This document shows positions 24,902 through 36,189 of a DNA stretch of 64,000 nt, one piece after another. The notes beneath the pieces are model-generated. The model saw nothing but the letters and a program-made list of their open reading frames with translations. It was not told the origin of the DNA and searched no databases. Numbering within the stretch: position 1 is the stretch's first letter; every line of letters begins with the position of its first letter. This stretch comes from Mobula birostris (Eukaryota), in contig NC_092379.1 of NCBI RefSeq assembly GCF_030028105.1, positions 25,537,821 to 25,601,820 on the forward strand, written 5' to 3'. The position numbers and the translations under genes are program-made.

Positions 24902-25429
24902 ATGCTGCTCGTAGTGCATAAACGTGAATGGACAGAATTGGGGTCCAAACAGTTGCTAACTTTTATGCTGTCATGTAGGTCTCAAGTTCCTTTATTTGAT
25001 CATGCACATGCATTATGTTCCTGTCTACTTATAATGACCATTTTTTTTTGTGTGTGTGACTTTTGTTAAAGGCGTCTGTGATCTCAGCTGTCAGTGGACT
25101 GCTTCCCTGAGTAGCATCTGGAGCAGTCGCAGCCAGTGATGTTGGTGGATATCATTGAATGCTGCTGTTTTTTTTTTTCGTTGTTTTCCGGTGCCTGTCT
25201 GCCTATTGAACTGCACGACTAGGGGTTTATATTTTGCCACTCGGAGCGTAATCTCCAGGCATGCATTGGCCGTACCCAGACAGCTACAGTATCACATGAT
25301 TACTTAGAAATCTCCCCATTTTAAACGCGACATAGTACAACTTTTGACAGATAAAATCATGTTTTGGTTTCAGCAGCAATATGATTCCAGTGTCTATTAA
25401 AGGCTATATATATTGGATTCAAAACCAGT

Positions 25430-26035
25430 GATTCAGAACAAGGAAGTCCAGGTTCAAAATAGAGCAGGTTATTTTAGTAACTGCAAATATACTGATTGAG
25501 GTTATAGCCGAGTACATACAGTGTCTGAAAATTAGCACAGCACTGTACCTCAACGACTGATGTCCTGTGGCGCTTACAGCTACTGCGATGAAGTGCTTTG
25601 AGGGGTTGCTCATGGCTAGAAAATCCCCTACCTTAGTGTGGACGTAGACTCTCTGCTCATGCCTATCGACAGAATAGGTCAACCGCGGATGCAATAACAC
25701 TGGTTGTCCACTCGGAACACGTGGACAACATTATTAGTTACTGTTCATTTATTGCAGCTGAGAAGGCAACACAATCATACACATGAACCCAGTCAACAAG
25801 TTCTAAAGTTTTGCGCCTCTGTACCTTCTTCTATAAATAGCCCGGTGATCGCTGTGTGACCACTGTCTGTGGTGCCTTGAAACAACATCTCCTTCGTGAT
25901 GTCCAGCAAACCTGGCGCATTTCAAGACTGTGTTGAGGCCACTGCTCTAACCTCTGAATACCCACGGCTTACTGACCATGCTGAGCTCAAAGGCATTTAT
26001 ATGTTTGCCAATGACACAACTATTTTTTTTCCAAA
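25430..26035 (+). mobile_element. L2/Rex1-like RT fragment
   Basis: PVALTATAMKCFEGLLM motif and later MFANDTT. Confidence 0.65.
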
Positions 26036-26059
26036 ACAAAAAATCCCATGGTGATGAAA

Positions 26060-28470
26060 AAGCTTTCGGGAGTAATGGAAGTCCAGAAGACTATCAGGTT
26101 TATGATACCGATCTGGACTATCACCTTGCTCCGCCATTTTATCACGGCTGACCGAATTTTCCAATGAGATCCAAACTCCTGCCTTCTCACCATCCCCTTT
26201 CATGCCCTTAATAATGAAGAATTATCAACTTCTGCTTTAAATATGCATAACCACCTGGCTTCCACAGCTTCCTGTGGCAAAGAATTCCACAGATTCAACA
26301 CCCTCTAGCTAAAGAAATTCCTCCTCATCGTCGTTCGAAAGGAATTATTCTGAGGACTGGTCCTCTGGACATTGTCACCATAGTCATCGTCCTCTCTACA
26401 TCCAGTCTATCAAAGCCATTCATTGTTTAATAGATTACAATGAGGTCAATGCTACTTTATTCTGAATTCCAGTGAATACACGCCTGCAGCCATCAGGGGT
26501 TCTTTATATGACAAGACACACCGTTCTAGAATCATTTTCGTGAACCTCTTTTGAAACCTCTCCATATTTAGCACATCCTTCTTAAGACAATCTGCCCGAA
26601 TCTTCTCGGAAATAGTCGAAGTTTCGGCCACCTTAGGGCTTTGTAAAGTTTTGATATTATCATGTTTTTTTAATACTTTAGTCCTCTTCAGAATAATTCA
26701 ATCATTACCTCATCGTTGACTTACCCAGGAAACTAATACTTAAGGTACCATGTAGAAGAACTCCCAAGTCCCTTTCCATCTCAGCTCCTTTTGCCCCTTT
26801 TATTTTCTTTCCATTCAGATCATTGTCAACACTTTCATTTCTTCTACCTAGTGCATGGCCATACTCTTCCAGGCACCCTATTCTGCATGTTATTATTCTT
26901 TTTTCCCCCTTTCTTCAAATCTGCCTACGTCTCTCTCTAACCTGGCTACATCCTCTTCACGACATTTACCTGCTACTTTCTTCATAACGTCCGCAGACTT
27001 AATAATCCTCATCCACGTCCGCAATAATCGACTCCCATATCATCCCAAGCTCTGAGGTCAGACCAACTGGCCTGTAATTTCCTATCTCAAACTCTCTCCC
27101 TACTTGGAATGACAGCTATATATTCCCAGTCTTCTGAAACGATTTTGCAATCTGGTTATGTCACAGTAGGAGTGCTGAGAATGGCCCCAAATGCAAGACA
27201 CAGACACTGAAGTACAAGGAACAGGACTTGACTAGAGCAGGAACGTGACAGGGTTCAGACCAGGAGCAGGGTCAAGAACGCCGACTTAGGCTACGGAAAG
27301 CAGGACCAGGACTAGAAACCATGGACTAGGAGGAAAGACTTAAACTCGGAGCCCGAGCTGGACAAGGATCAAGAACCTGGGTCTTGCCTCGGGCTCGGTC
27401 CTCAGAAACAGGCAAGGACATGGCATGGATACAGACTGTGGTCTTGTGTCTTAAGCTCGGCTGTAGGATGGTGTCTTGGGTCTGGAACTTGGCTGCAGGC
27501 TGGGGTCTTTGGTCTTGAGCTTGGCTGCAGGCTGGGGTCTTTGGTCTTGAGCTTGGCTGCAGGCTGGGGTCTTGGGTTCATGGAGCTTGGCTGGGGATCC
27601 TCGAGATTTGGGTTCTTGGATCTTCGCTTGGGGTCCTCGAGACTTGGGGTCTTGTATCTTGAGCTTGGCTGCAGGCTGGGGTCTAGGACCTTGAGCTGAG
27701 CTTCAGGCTGGGGACTTGGATCTTGAGCTTGGCTGCAGGCTGGGGGCTTGGATAATGAACTTGTTTGCAGGCTGGGGTATTGGGTCTTGACCCTGGCTGC
27801 AGGCTGGGGTCTTGGATTTTGAAGCTACAGGTTGGGAGCTGGGGTCTTGGAATGCAGAGGCAAGGACAAGACAAGAGAGATCTTCCCACAGAGCCGCAGC
27901 AAAGCGGTCTGATGTACCCCACAGAGGCGAGGACAAGAGAAGACAGATCCCCCCGCAGGGCAACGGGAAAACGGCCTGGCTTACCCCACGGAGGCCAGGA
28001 CAAGAAGAGACAACATAAAAGAGCGACACATAGTTCCAGCTCTACTCCGGGGAAGCACCTAGTCTCAGTTCAGTCAACAACCTCAGGCGGCTACGGAAAC
28101 AACCGGATCCCTACCTTGCTTGGAGTGGCTGGCAGCCACACACCTGGCTCAGGAAAAAGCCGAATCCACACTGCAAAGTCTACTCCACGAGTGGGAACAA
28201 CCCAAGATGGGAATCAGGTGCCAATGATTAACTCACCCAAACCCGGAGTCCTGAGTCCACGGACCGGACAGTGAACCGGAATGCGGACTACACGGACCAG
28301 ACGATGACATGTCATTCCGGAAAGATCATATATGGTGCATAGAGGATCTATTCAGCCACCGCTGACTGCAAACTGGAGTGTACACTGTCTGTTACATGTG
28401 ACGTATCTGCGCTCAGGCTTTTTTACTTTCCAAAGTATCTTTCCTCTAATTACGATAAATTCTCACACTC
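26060..28470 (-). mobile_element. Decayed CR1 interrupted by a solo LTR
   Basis: Similar to the CR1 at 7.7-9.3 kb. The CR1 text stops at 27158 and resumes at 28310. Confidence 0.65.
27159..28309 (-). mobile_element. Solo LTR (sushi/Gypsy type) with internal ~31-33-bp tandem repeats
   Basis: TGTCATCG...CTGTGACA ends on the minus strand. Repeat unit GAGCTTGGCTGCAGGCTGGGGTCTT at ~27470-27850. Its end resembles 63480 onward. Confidence 0.75.
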
Positions 28471-28599
28471 CACAGCTCTTGACATTTAGAACGTCTGCGA
28501 TAACTACTGTCTTTTACTGTGAAGACAGACACAAAATACTGCCTCAGGTTATCCGCTATAACTTTGTTCCCCATTACTACCTCTCCACCTATCAGTACC

Positions 28600-29210
28600 T
28601 CCAGCTGAACTTGGAGTTTTGTGTGTTTTCCCCCAAACCGTCAGTCTGTGGTTCTGTATTGCCATGTGCTCATACTGTTTTCATGCCCGTTGTGCTCGTG
28701 TCCCTGCTCTGCTCTACTCCGGCCCTGTATTAATGAGTTCTCTGCCTCTCACCAGTTTCTCATTATTACCTGTTTTGCCGCCACTTCTGTCTCATTGTAC
28801 TCATTAATGATCTACCTCTCTGTTTATTTCTCTGTGTACCTTAGCCCTGTGATTTCATTGCTTGTCACCAGAGTATGACAGTAAATCTCCTGAGCCATTC
28901 CAATATTCGTATCTGTACTCTATCCGTCTGAATACTGATTCTGCCTGTTTCCAGATTCCGGATTTTTTTTTTTCTGAATCTTTCTGGTCTCTGCATGTAC
29001 TTTGCCGCCGACTTTGGTTGCAGCTCGGGATTGTAATCTATCAGTGTGAATATCGACTCTGCCTGTCTCCCGATTCTGGGTTTCTGGATTTCTCTGGATG
29101 TTTTGTTCTCTGCCTAAACTTTGACACCGACGTTGTTTGGTATTCGGGATTTGTTACTCAGTAAATACCACTGTGTCTGCGTCATTGGCTCTGCCATTGA
29201 ATCCCTGATA
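28600..29210 (+). mobile_element. Probable solo LTR of another family
   Basis: Pyrimidine-rich LTR-like text with a degenerate AGTAAA polyA signal and an end near CCCTGATA. The boundaries are uncertain. Confidence 0.4.
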
Positions 29211-29917
29211 AAGCATAGTTTTTTTTTTCAGCTGTCCAATGTCTTCTCTTGCCGCTCTTTTAAAAAATTATCAGAAGAAATTTTTGGTACAACTTTAAAA
29301 TCATTGGCTGACAGATTTTTTTTTTATACCGCCTTTACATATTTAATCATTTTTTTTACTGTTCAATACTGCTAAGTTTTCGATCATTGCGGTCCTTCGA
29401 AGGGAGCTTATGACGTTCACGATGGGACAGATAACACTTAGGCTAATGGGGATCAATTGCTTCCTTGGGATTAGCTGGCTCTGACAGTGACGTGCCTTTG
29501 TGTGCATTTTTTTTATATACGACAGGGCACCACTTCAACCCACACCATCAATATCATATCAGTCATTAGAACATCTGAATCCAAATATTACTTGTAGTGG
29601 CATCACACCAGGGGTTCACACACTTATTCCAATCAATATACGTAATATTGGAGCATTTTTTCAATAAATAAAATAACAAGTGTAATGTGTTTTGTGTTAT
29701 TTGTTTAATTGGACATCCTTTATCTAATTTTATGGCATACGTGTAATAGTTAGTTATCAGCTCCTCATAAGCCGCCAGTCCACGTGCATTACCGATAATG
29801 GCTGCTTCCAGAAGCATAGTGCCTATAAAATGAGCCACTGCACTTCGGTATCAATGCCTGGATGTTTGTGTCAAAGAGACCGAAACAAACAGCAACTGTG
29901 CCTCAGAAACCTTCGGC

Positions 29918-29956
29918 AGCTATTGTATGAGGATAGAATCTGTTCCTACCACTGTG
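29918..29956 (-). other. 23-RSS of pseudogene V2
   Basis: CACAGTG + GTAGGAACAGATTCTATCCTCAT (23 nt) + ACAATAGCT. Confidence 0.9.
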
Positions 29957-30038
29957 AATTACCGCACGATGATACGTTGTCATCTCATGGTGCCGCGGGA
30001 ATGATTAAACGATACCCCATTTGTTCCTCTTGGACTAT
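29957..30038 (-). pseudogene. V2 pseudogene, 3' part of V exon
   Basis: IVQEEQMGYRLIIPA matches V1 FR3. It carries a 5-nt deletion and Cys104 TGT changed to CGT. Confidence 0.88.
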
Positions 30039-33000
30039 GGAACGTAGAACATAGAACATAGATTAGTACAGCACCGTACAGGTCCTTCGGCCCACAATGT
30101 TTGCCGAAACTCAAACTCTGCCTCTCATATAAGCCCCCAACTTAAATTCCTCCATATACCTGTCTGGTAGTCTCTTAAACTTCACTAGTGAATTTGCCTC
30201 CACCACTGACTCAGGCAGTGCATTCCAAGCACCAACCACTCTCTGAATAAAAAACCTTCATCTATTACACCCCTTGAATTTCCCACCCCTTACCTTAAAG
30301 CCATGTCCCCTTGTATTGAGCAGTGGTGCCCTGGGGAAGAGGCGCTGACTATCAACTCTATCTATTCATCTTATTATCTTGTGCACCTCTATCATGTCTC
30401 CTCTCATCCTCCTTCTCTCCAAAGAGTAAAGCCCTAGCACCCTTAATCCCTGATCATAATGCATACACTCTAAACCAGCATTCTGGTAAATCTCCTCTGT
30501 GCCTTTCCAATGCTTCCACATCCTTCCTATAGTGAGGCGACCAGAAATGGACACAGTACTCCAAGTGTGGCCTAACCAGAGTTTTATAGAGCTGCATCAT
30601 TACATCGCGACTCTGAAACTCTATCCCTCGACTTATGAAAGCTAACACCCCATAAGCTATCTTAACTACCCTATCCACATGTGAGACAACTTTAAGGGTT
30701 CTCTGGACATGTACACCCAGATCCCTCTGCTCCTCCAGACTATGAATTATCCTGCCATTTACTTTGTACTCTGCCTTGGAGTTTGTCATTACAAAGTGTA
30801 TCACCTCACATTTCTCTGGGTTGAACTCCATTTGCCACTTCGCAGCCCACTACTGCATCCTATCAATGTCTCTCTGCAATCTTTGACAATCCTCTGCACT
30901 ATCTACAACACCACCAAACTTTGCGTCGTCTGCAAACTTGCCAACCCACCCTTCTACACCCACATTCAGGTCGTTAATAAAAATCACGAAAAGTAGAGGT
31001 CCCAGAACAGATCCTTGTGGGACACCACTAGTCACCATCCTCCGATCTGAATGTACTCTATCCACCACGACCCTCTGCCTTCTGAAGGCAAGCAAATTCT
31101 GAATCCACTTGGCAAGCTTCCCTGGATCCCGTGCCTTCTAACTTTCTGAATAAGCCTACCGTGTGGAAACTTGTCAGATGCCGTACTAAAATCCATATAG
31201 ATCACATCCACAGCACTACCCTCATCCATATGCCTGGTCACCTCCTCAAATAATTCTATCAGGCTTGTTAGACACGATCTGCCCTCACAAAGCCATGCTG
31301 ACTGTCCTTGATCAGACCATGATTCTCTAAATCCCAGAGATCCTATCTCTAAGAATCTTTTCCAACAGATTTCCCACCACAGACGTAAGGCTCACTGGTC
31401 TATAATCACCCGGACTTATCCTATTACCTCGTTCGAACACGCCTCCGGTACCATTTCCGTGGACAACGAGAACATAAAGATACTAGCAAGAGGCTCAGAA
31501 ATCTCTTCCCTCACTTCGTGAACAAGCCTATGGAATATTTTGTCAGGCCCCGAGGACTAATCCTTCCTAATGTATTTTAACAACTCCAACACCTCCTCTC
31601 CTTTAATATCAACATGCTCCAGAACATCAACCTCACTCAGATTGTTCTTAACATCATCAAAGTTCCCTCTCATTTGTGAATACTGAAAGAAGTATTCATT
31701 GAGGTCCTCGCTCACTTCCACAGCCTCCAGGCACATCTTAACACCGTTATCTCTAATCGGTCCCACCTTCACTCCTGTCATCGTTTTTTCTATTCACATA
31801 ATTGAAGAATGCTTTGGGGTTTTCCTTTACCCTACTCGCCAAGGCCTTCTCATGTCCCCTTCTTGCTCTTCTCAGTCCCTCCTTAAGCTCCTTCCTTACT
31901 TCCCTATATTCCTCAATAGACCCACCTGATCCCTGCTTCCTAAACCTAATTTATGCTGCCTTCTTCCACCTGACTGGACTTTCCACCTCACTTGTCACCC
32001 GTGGTTCCTGCACCCTACCATTCTTTATCTTCCTCACCGGGACAAATTTATCCCTAACATCCTGCAAGAGATCTCTAAACATCGACCACATGTCAAAAGT
32101 CCATTTCCGAGCAAAAACTTCATCCCAATTCACACCCGCAAGATCTAGCCTTTTAGCCTCATAATTTGCCCTTCCCAATCAAAAAAAAAAATCTTGTCCT
32201 CTCTGATTCTATCCTTTTCCATGATAATGCTAAAGGCCAGCGAGCGCTGGTCACTGTCCCCCAGATGCTCACCCACTGAGAGAACTGTGACCTGATCTGG
32301 TTTATTGCCGATTACTAGATCTAGTATGACTTTTTTCTCTATTCGGCCTGTCCACATACTGTGACAGGAATCCGTCCTGGACACACTTAACACACTCTGG
32401 CCCATCTAAACCCTTCGAACTATTCAGGTGCCAATCAATATTAGGGAAGTTAAAGTCACCCATGATAACAACCCTGTTATTTTTTTGCAACCTTCTAAAA
32501 TCTGCCTCCCAATCAACTCCTCTGTATCTCTGCTGCTACCGGGGGGGGGGGTGGCTATAGAATACCCCCGATGGAGTAACTGCTCCCTTCCTGTTCCTGA
32601 CTTCCATCCACACTGACTGAAAAGAGGATCCTGCTACATTACCCACCCTTTCTGTAGCTGTAATAGTATCCCTGACCAGTAATGCCACCCCTCCTCCCCT
32701 TTTTCCACCCTCTCTATCCCTTTTAAAGCGTTGCAATCCAGGAATATTGAGAATCCATTCCTGCCCTGGTGCCAGCCAAGTCTCTGTAATGGCCACTACA
32801 TCATAATTTCATGTATGTATCCAAGCTCTCAGCTCATCACCATTGTTCCTGATGCTTCTTGCATTGAGGTACACACATTTCAGCCCTTCTACCTTACTGT
32901 CTTTACACCGTTTATTCTGCTTCTCTTTCCTCAAAACCTCTCTATATTTTTAGATCTGACTTTACTCCATGCACTTCTTCCACTGCTCTATCGCTCTGGG

Positions 33001-33327
33001 TCCCATCCTCCTTGCAACATAGTTTAAACCCTCCCGAACCATGCCAGCGATCCTACCTGCAAAGATATTGCTCCCTCTCGAATTAAAGTGCAACTCATCC
33101 AATTTCTACATGTCCCACCTTCCCCAGAAGAGATCCCAATGATCCAAATATCTGAAATCCAGCTTCCAGCACCAACTCCTCAGCCACGTATTCAATTGCC
33201 ATCTCCTCCAATTCTTATCATCACTGTCACGTAGCAGTGGCAGCAATCCTGAGAACGCCACCCTTGAGGTCCTGTTCTTCAGCCTTCTGCCTAGTTCCCG
33301 AAACTGACACTTCAGGACTTCATCCCG
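30039..33327 (-). mobile_element. 5'-truncated CR1 LINE inserted inside the V2 exon
   Basis: RT motifs [18 protein letters not shown] and KFADDAK. Endonuclease piece VVIMGDFNFPNIDW. 3' tail (TTCTATG)n. Flanked by an apparent ATAG duplication (30035-38 and 33328-31). Confidence 0.92.
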
Positions 33328-33545
33328 CTATATCACCAAACCTGCCTTCAGGATAATCAGCCTGAATACCCTTGTCACTTCGTGTGCTTCGCCAGACCAA
33401 GATCTCAACCCTTATACCGTAGTTTTGGCGAAACTAAAATAAATAATAAGCATCACAATGTAGATGTATGTCAAGGTAATGCAATCGCTCTCAAACCCTG
33501 TGAGTACGGATTCTCGCTGAGCCACAGGTTCAGCATTACCCGGAT
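33328..33545 (-). pseudogene. V2 pseudogene, 5' part of V exon
   Basis: Acceptor AG at 33546-47. PGNAEPVAQRESVLTGFESDCITLTYIY (Cys23 to Tyr), a 1-nt deletion, Trp41 changed to TAG, then FRQNYGIRVEILVWRSTRSDKGIQADYPEGRFGDI. Confidence 0.88.
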
Positions 33546-34050
33546 CTTAAATATCGAGAGAACTAAGCTTCTTAACTTTCGTATTAAAACTAATTGGGTG
33601 CACCTCGCGTGGCTGTTTGCAGGATATTTTTTTTTTTTTCAATGACTTGTCTAGTATCTCTCTGCCCATGCAAAATTTCATAATACTTCGTCATGTCATG
33701 CAATCAAGCGTCTTTCCCTTAGGTACTTGTTTCCCTTTGAAACATTCATCTCATAAATACATAATGAAATTTCTCCTGATTTTAAAATCTAATCAAAAAT
33801 GACTGTACATCTGATGCTCCTGCTCATCTGAAGTCAACGACTCCGTTCTTTTCTAATGTAAAACGAGAATGACTTCTACCATCTACTCTCTTCTGTAGGA
33901 ATATGCACAGTCTGCTGATGGCTCAAATCTCACGCATTTACTTGATGAATGTTTTACCTGAATCTCAATTGTGACTCTAAAAGTGGCAATCTGGTCACGT
34001 TGCTGTATCCCAATGCATTAGCACCCTGTAAAAACGGGCTGTCTTCTTAT

Positions 34051-34096
34051 CAATAATCATTTCAAACCACAGCGCAGCGAATGAATGGTCTTATGT
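34051..34096 (-). pseudogene. Inactivated leader exon of V2
   Basis: Gapless 46-nt homologue of the V1 leader. The start reads ACA instead of ATG and the donor reads ATAAG instead of GTAAG. Confidence 0.8.
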
Positions 34097-36189
34097 TTTC
34101 TATTCCAAAGACGCAGACTCTTCTGAGCTTCTGGTCCTGGTTTGGCGTTAATGAAATGAAAATAGAAGCGCCGAGTGGGTGCACAGGTGTCATTTCCTGA
34201 AGAGCTGAGAGATGTCTTTGTTCTTCTGGATTTGGTTGGTCGGCTATGTTTGCCTATGAGTCAGTGAAGCGTGTTATGCAGAATTAGTAGATTAAAGTAC
34301 AAAATCTGAAAAGGAAGCACCGAGTGCATGTCCCAGATACAGGGGAATGCCAGAAAGCCCGAATTGATTTCGATTTTCATGGCTTTTTATCGACATTTCG
34401 ATGTGTATTATTTTATTTTAATCGAATATATAATTCTTTAATAATCACAATAATAATAATAATAACAACAACAACAATAACAATTATGCCAAGGGAGTGA
34501 AGACACCATCCAGCTCACTCCATTACAGGATCCTCCAGCTATGTAACTTAATCTGACTATTTGCATCGTCGCAATGAAATGACGAACATAATTCACCAGG
34601 ATTTTGCTTTGAAGTAGGATCTCATAAAATAAACCATAACATACAACACATGCAGGCCTGATTCAGTTTTAGAGTCAGAATGCCACATATTATATTTCCA
34701 TTGACCCGTTTTGTTGAATGGACTATTTAAGATAGATTTCGAAAGGCTGCTTCAAGACGGAAATTCGAAATGGAGCCCATGCCTCGCATTAGGGTTAGGG
34801 TTATGATCGGGTAATGAGTCGAACGCCGAAGTAATGTGTGCATATACCACATCCATCGTTCTGTATTCACTAACTTGTTTTCTCATCTTGTTGACAGCAA
34901 AAAAAAAAAAAAAAAGAAAAGAAAAAAAGGCTGGTAAAACAGGCTCTTCTCCTCACGATAAACACTGGTCTATAATTCATGTGATTTTACCTATAACCAT
35001 TTTTGAACAATGCAGCAACGTTAAAATCATCGAAACGTCTGTTACAACTCATGACCGGGGGTGGGGGGGGGGGGGCGAAAGTATGGATAAAAACGTCCTG
35101 CCATAATTTTCCTTTCTCTATGGGCCCAAGCTGACCGGAATCATCTGAGTATGTTCGGACATACCCCCAGATATGTTCTGTGGATTTTGCTTATGGCGTT
35201 GTACCTATTTTTTCTTTCGAAGTTCGTTTCGAATTTCATCGCAGTTCTCCTTTCCCGGATTATGTACTTCCCGACATCATCTGCAGTTTCGTCTTTCGAT
35301 GTCTATATTGCAGGTAAAGAGTTGGTAAATATTTTAAATGCTCTACCACGGGCTGGTCTGCCAGACAACCAGCTTCATTTCCAGAAGTAGATCAGGTGGG
35401 GCTTCTGTGGTTGTCTGGTACACTCTCATGACATTGTGTTTGCTGACCCACACGATTTAAGCTCTAATGAATGCGGTTTTCTTGTTGGATACAAACAGCC
35501 ACTAGTAAGCTCACTGAAAGGATATCACACTGTAACTCCCCAATCTGCAAATTATCGTTTATCCATTTTTTTTATTCTGAACTATTCCAACGATGGTTTC
35601 CCTCCCCTAATTTAGTTTGAAACAAGGTTCATATATTTTCAAGGAAACACTCTCAAGTGTAAAACAAAAATCATAAAACAAATCTTAAACCCAGCTGGGT
35701 TCAATATACAATATGGAACTACTGAGTCGTTATCTTGAATTTTGAAACATTTAGAAATATTTCAGAGAAGGCAAACTATTTTCTGAACCTGAACATTCAG
35801 CATTTCTTAAATCTATTTCCAGTGAACTCCAAAGTCATCTCAAATATGCAGAAAAAAAACGTGTTTTTAGAGTAGAAACGAAAGCTGGAAGGATAGGTTC
35901 TAATTATTTCTTGCCTGTTTCTGTTGGCGACCCGATTACTAAGAAGCGTGAAACTTTCCCTATGCTTATACCCTATTTATACCTCAGGGAGTTTGTATGA
36001 AATCTCTTTGTCTCAGATATTATTTACACAAAACGATTTAAAAACATATTTTGGAGACTTTGATCTTCGCTGGCTGCTATGCATGTTGTACGCGATAGAC
36101 ACTTCCAAACTCCAGGAATATAAGTCGAGAAAAAGTGAAAATAAGCATGAAACATTGATAAGAGAATCGGGAATGGAATCGGAAGTTTA

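Noticed and set aside
29146-29175. CACTGTG heptamer with a nonamer-like GGGATTTGT upstream
   Set aside because: The spacer is 14 bp (neither 12 nor 23), it lies in an LTR-like repeat, and no J-type FGxG coding follows.
34789-34800. (TTAGGG)2 telomere-like repeat
   Set aside because: Only two units, which is compatible with chance.
35200-35550. Ig-like word fragments on the minus strand (acceptor + GVTV, RQPQKPHLIY, TLYLQ, DDVGKY)
   Set aside because: The pieces lie in different frames, the Cys/Trp spacing does not fit a V domain, there is no YYC, no RSS and no post-RSS motif. Could be revisited with a frameshift-aware HMM search.
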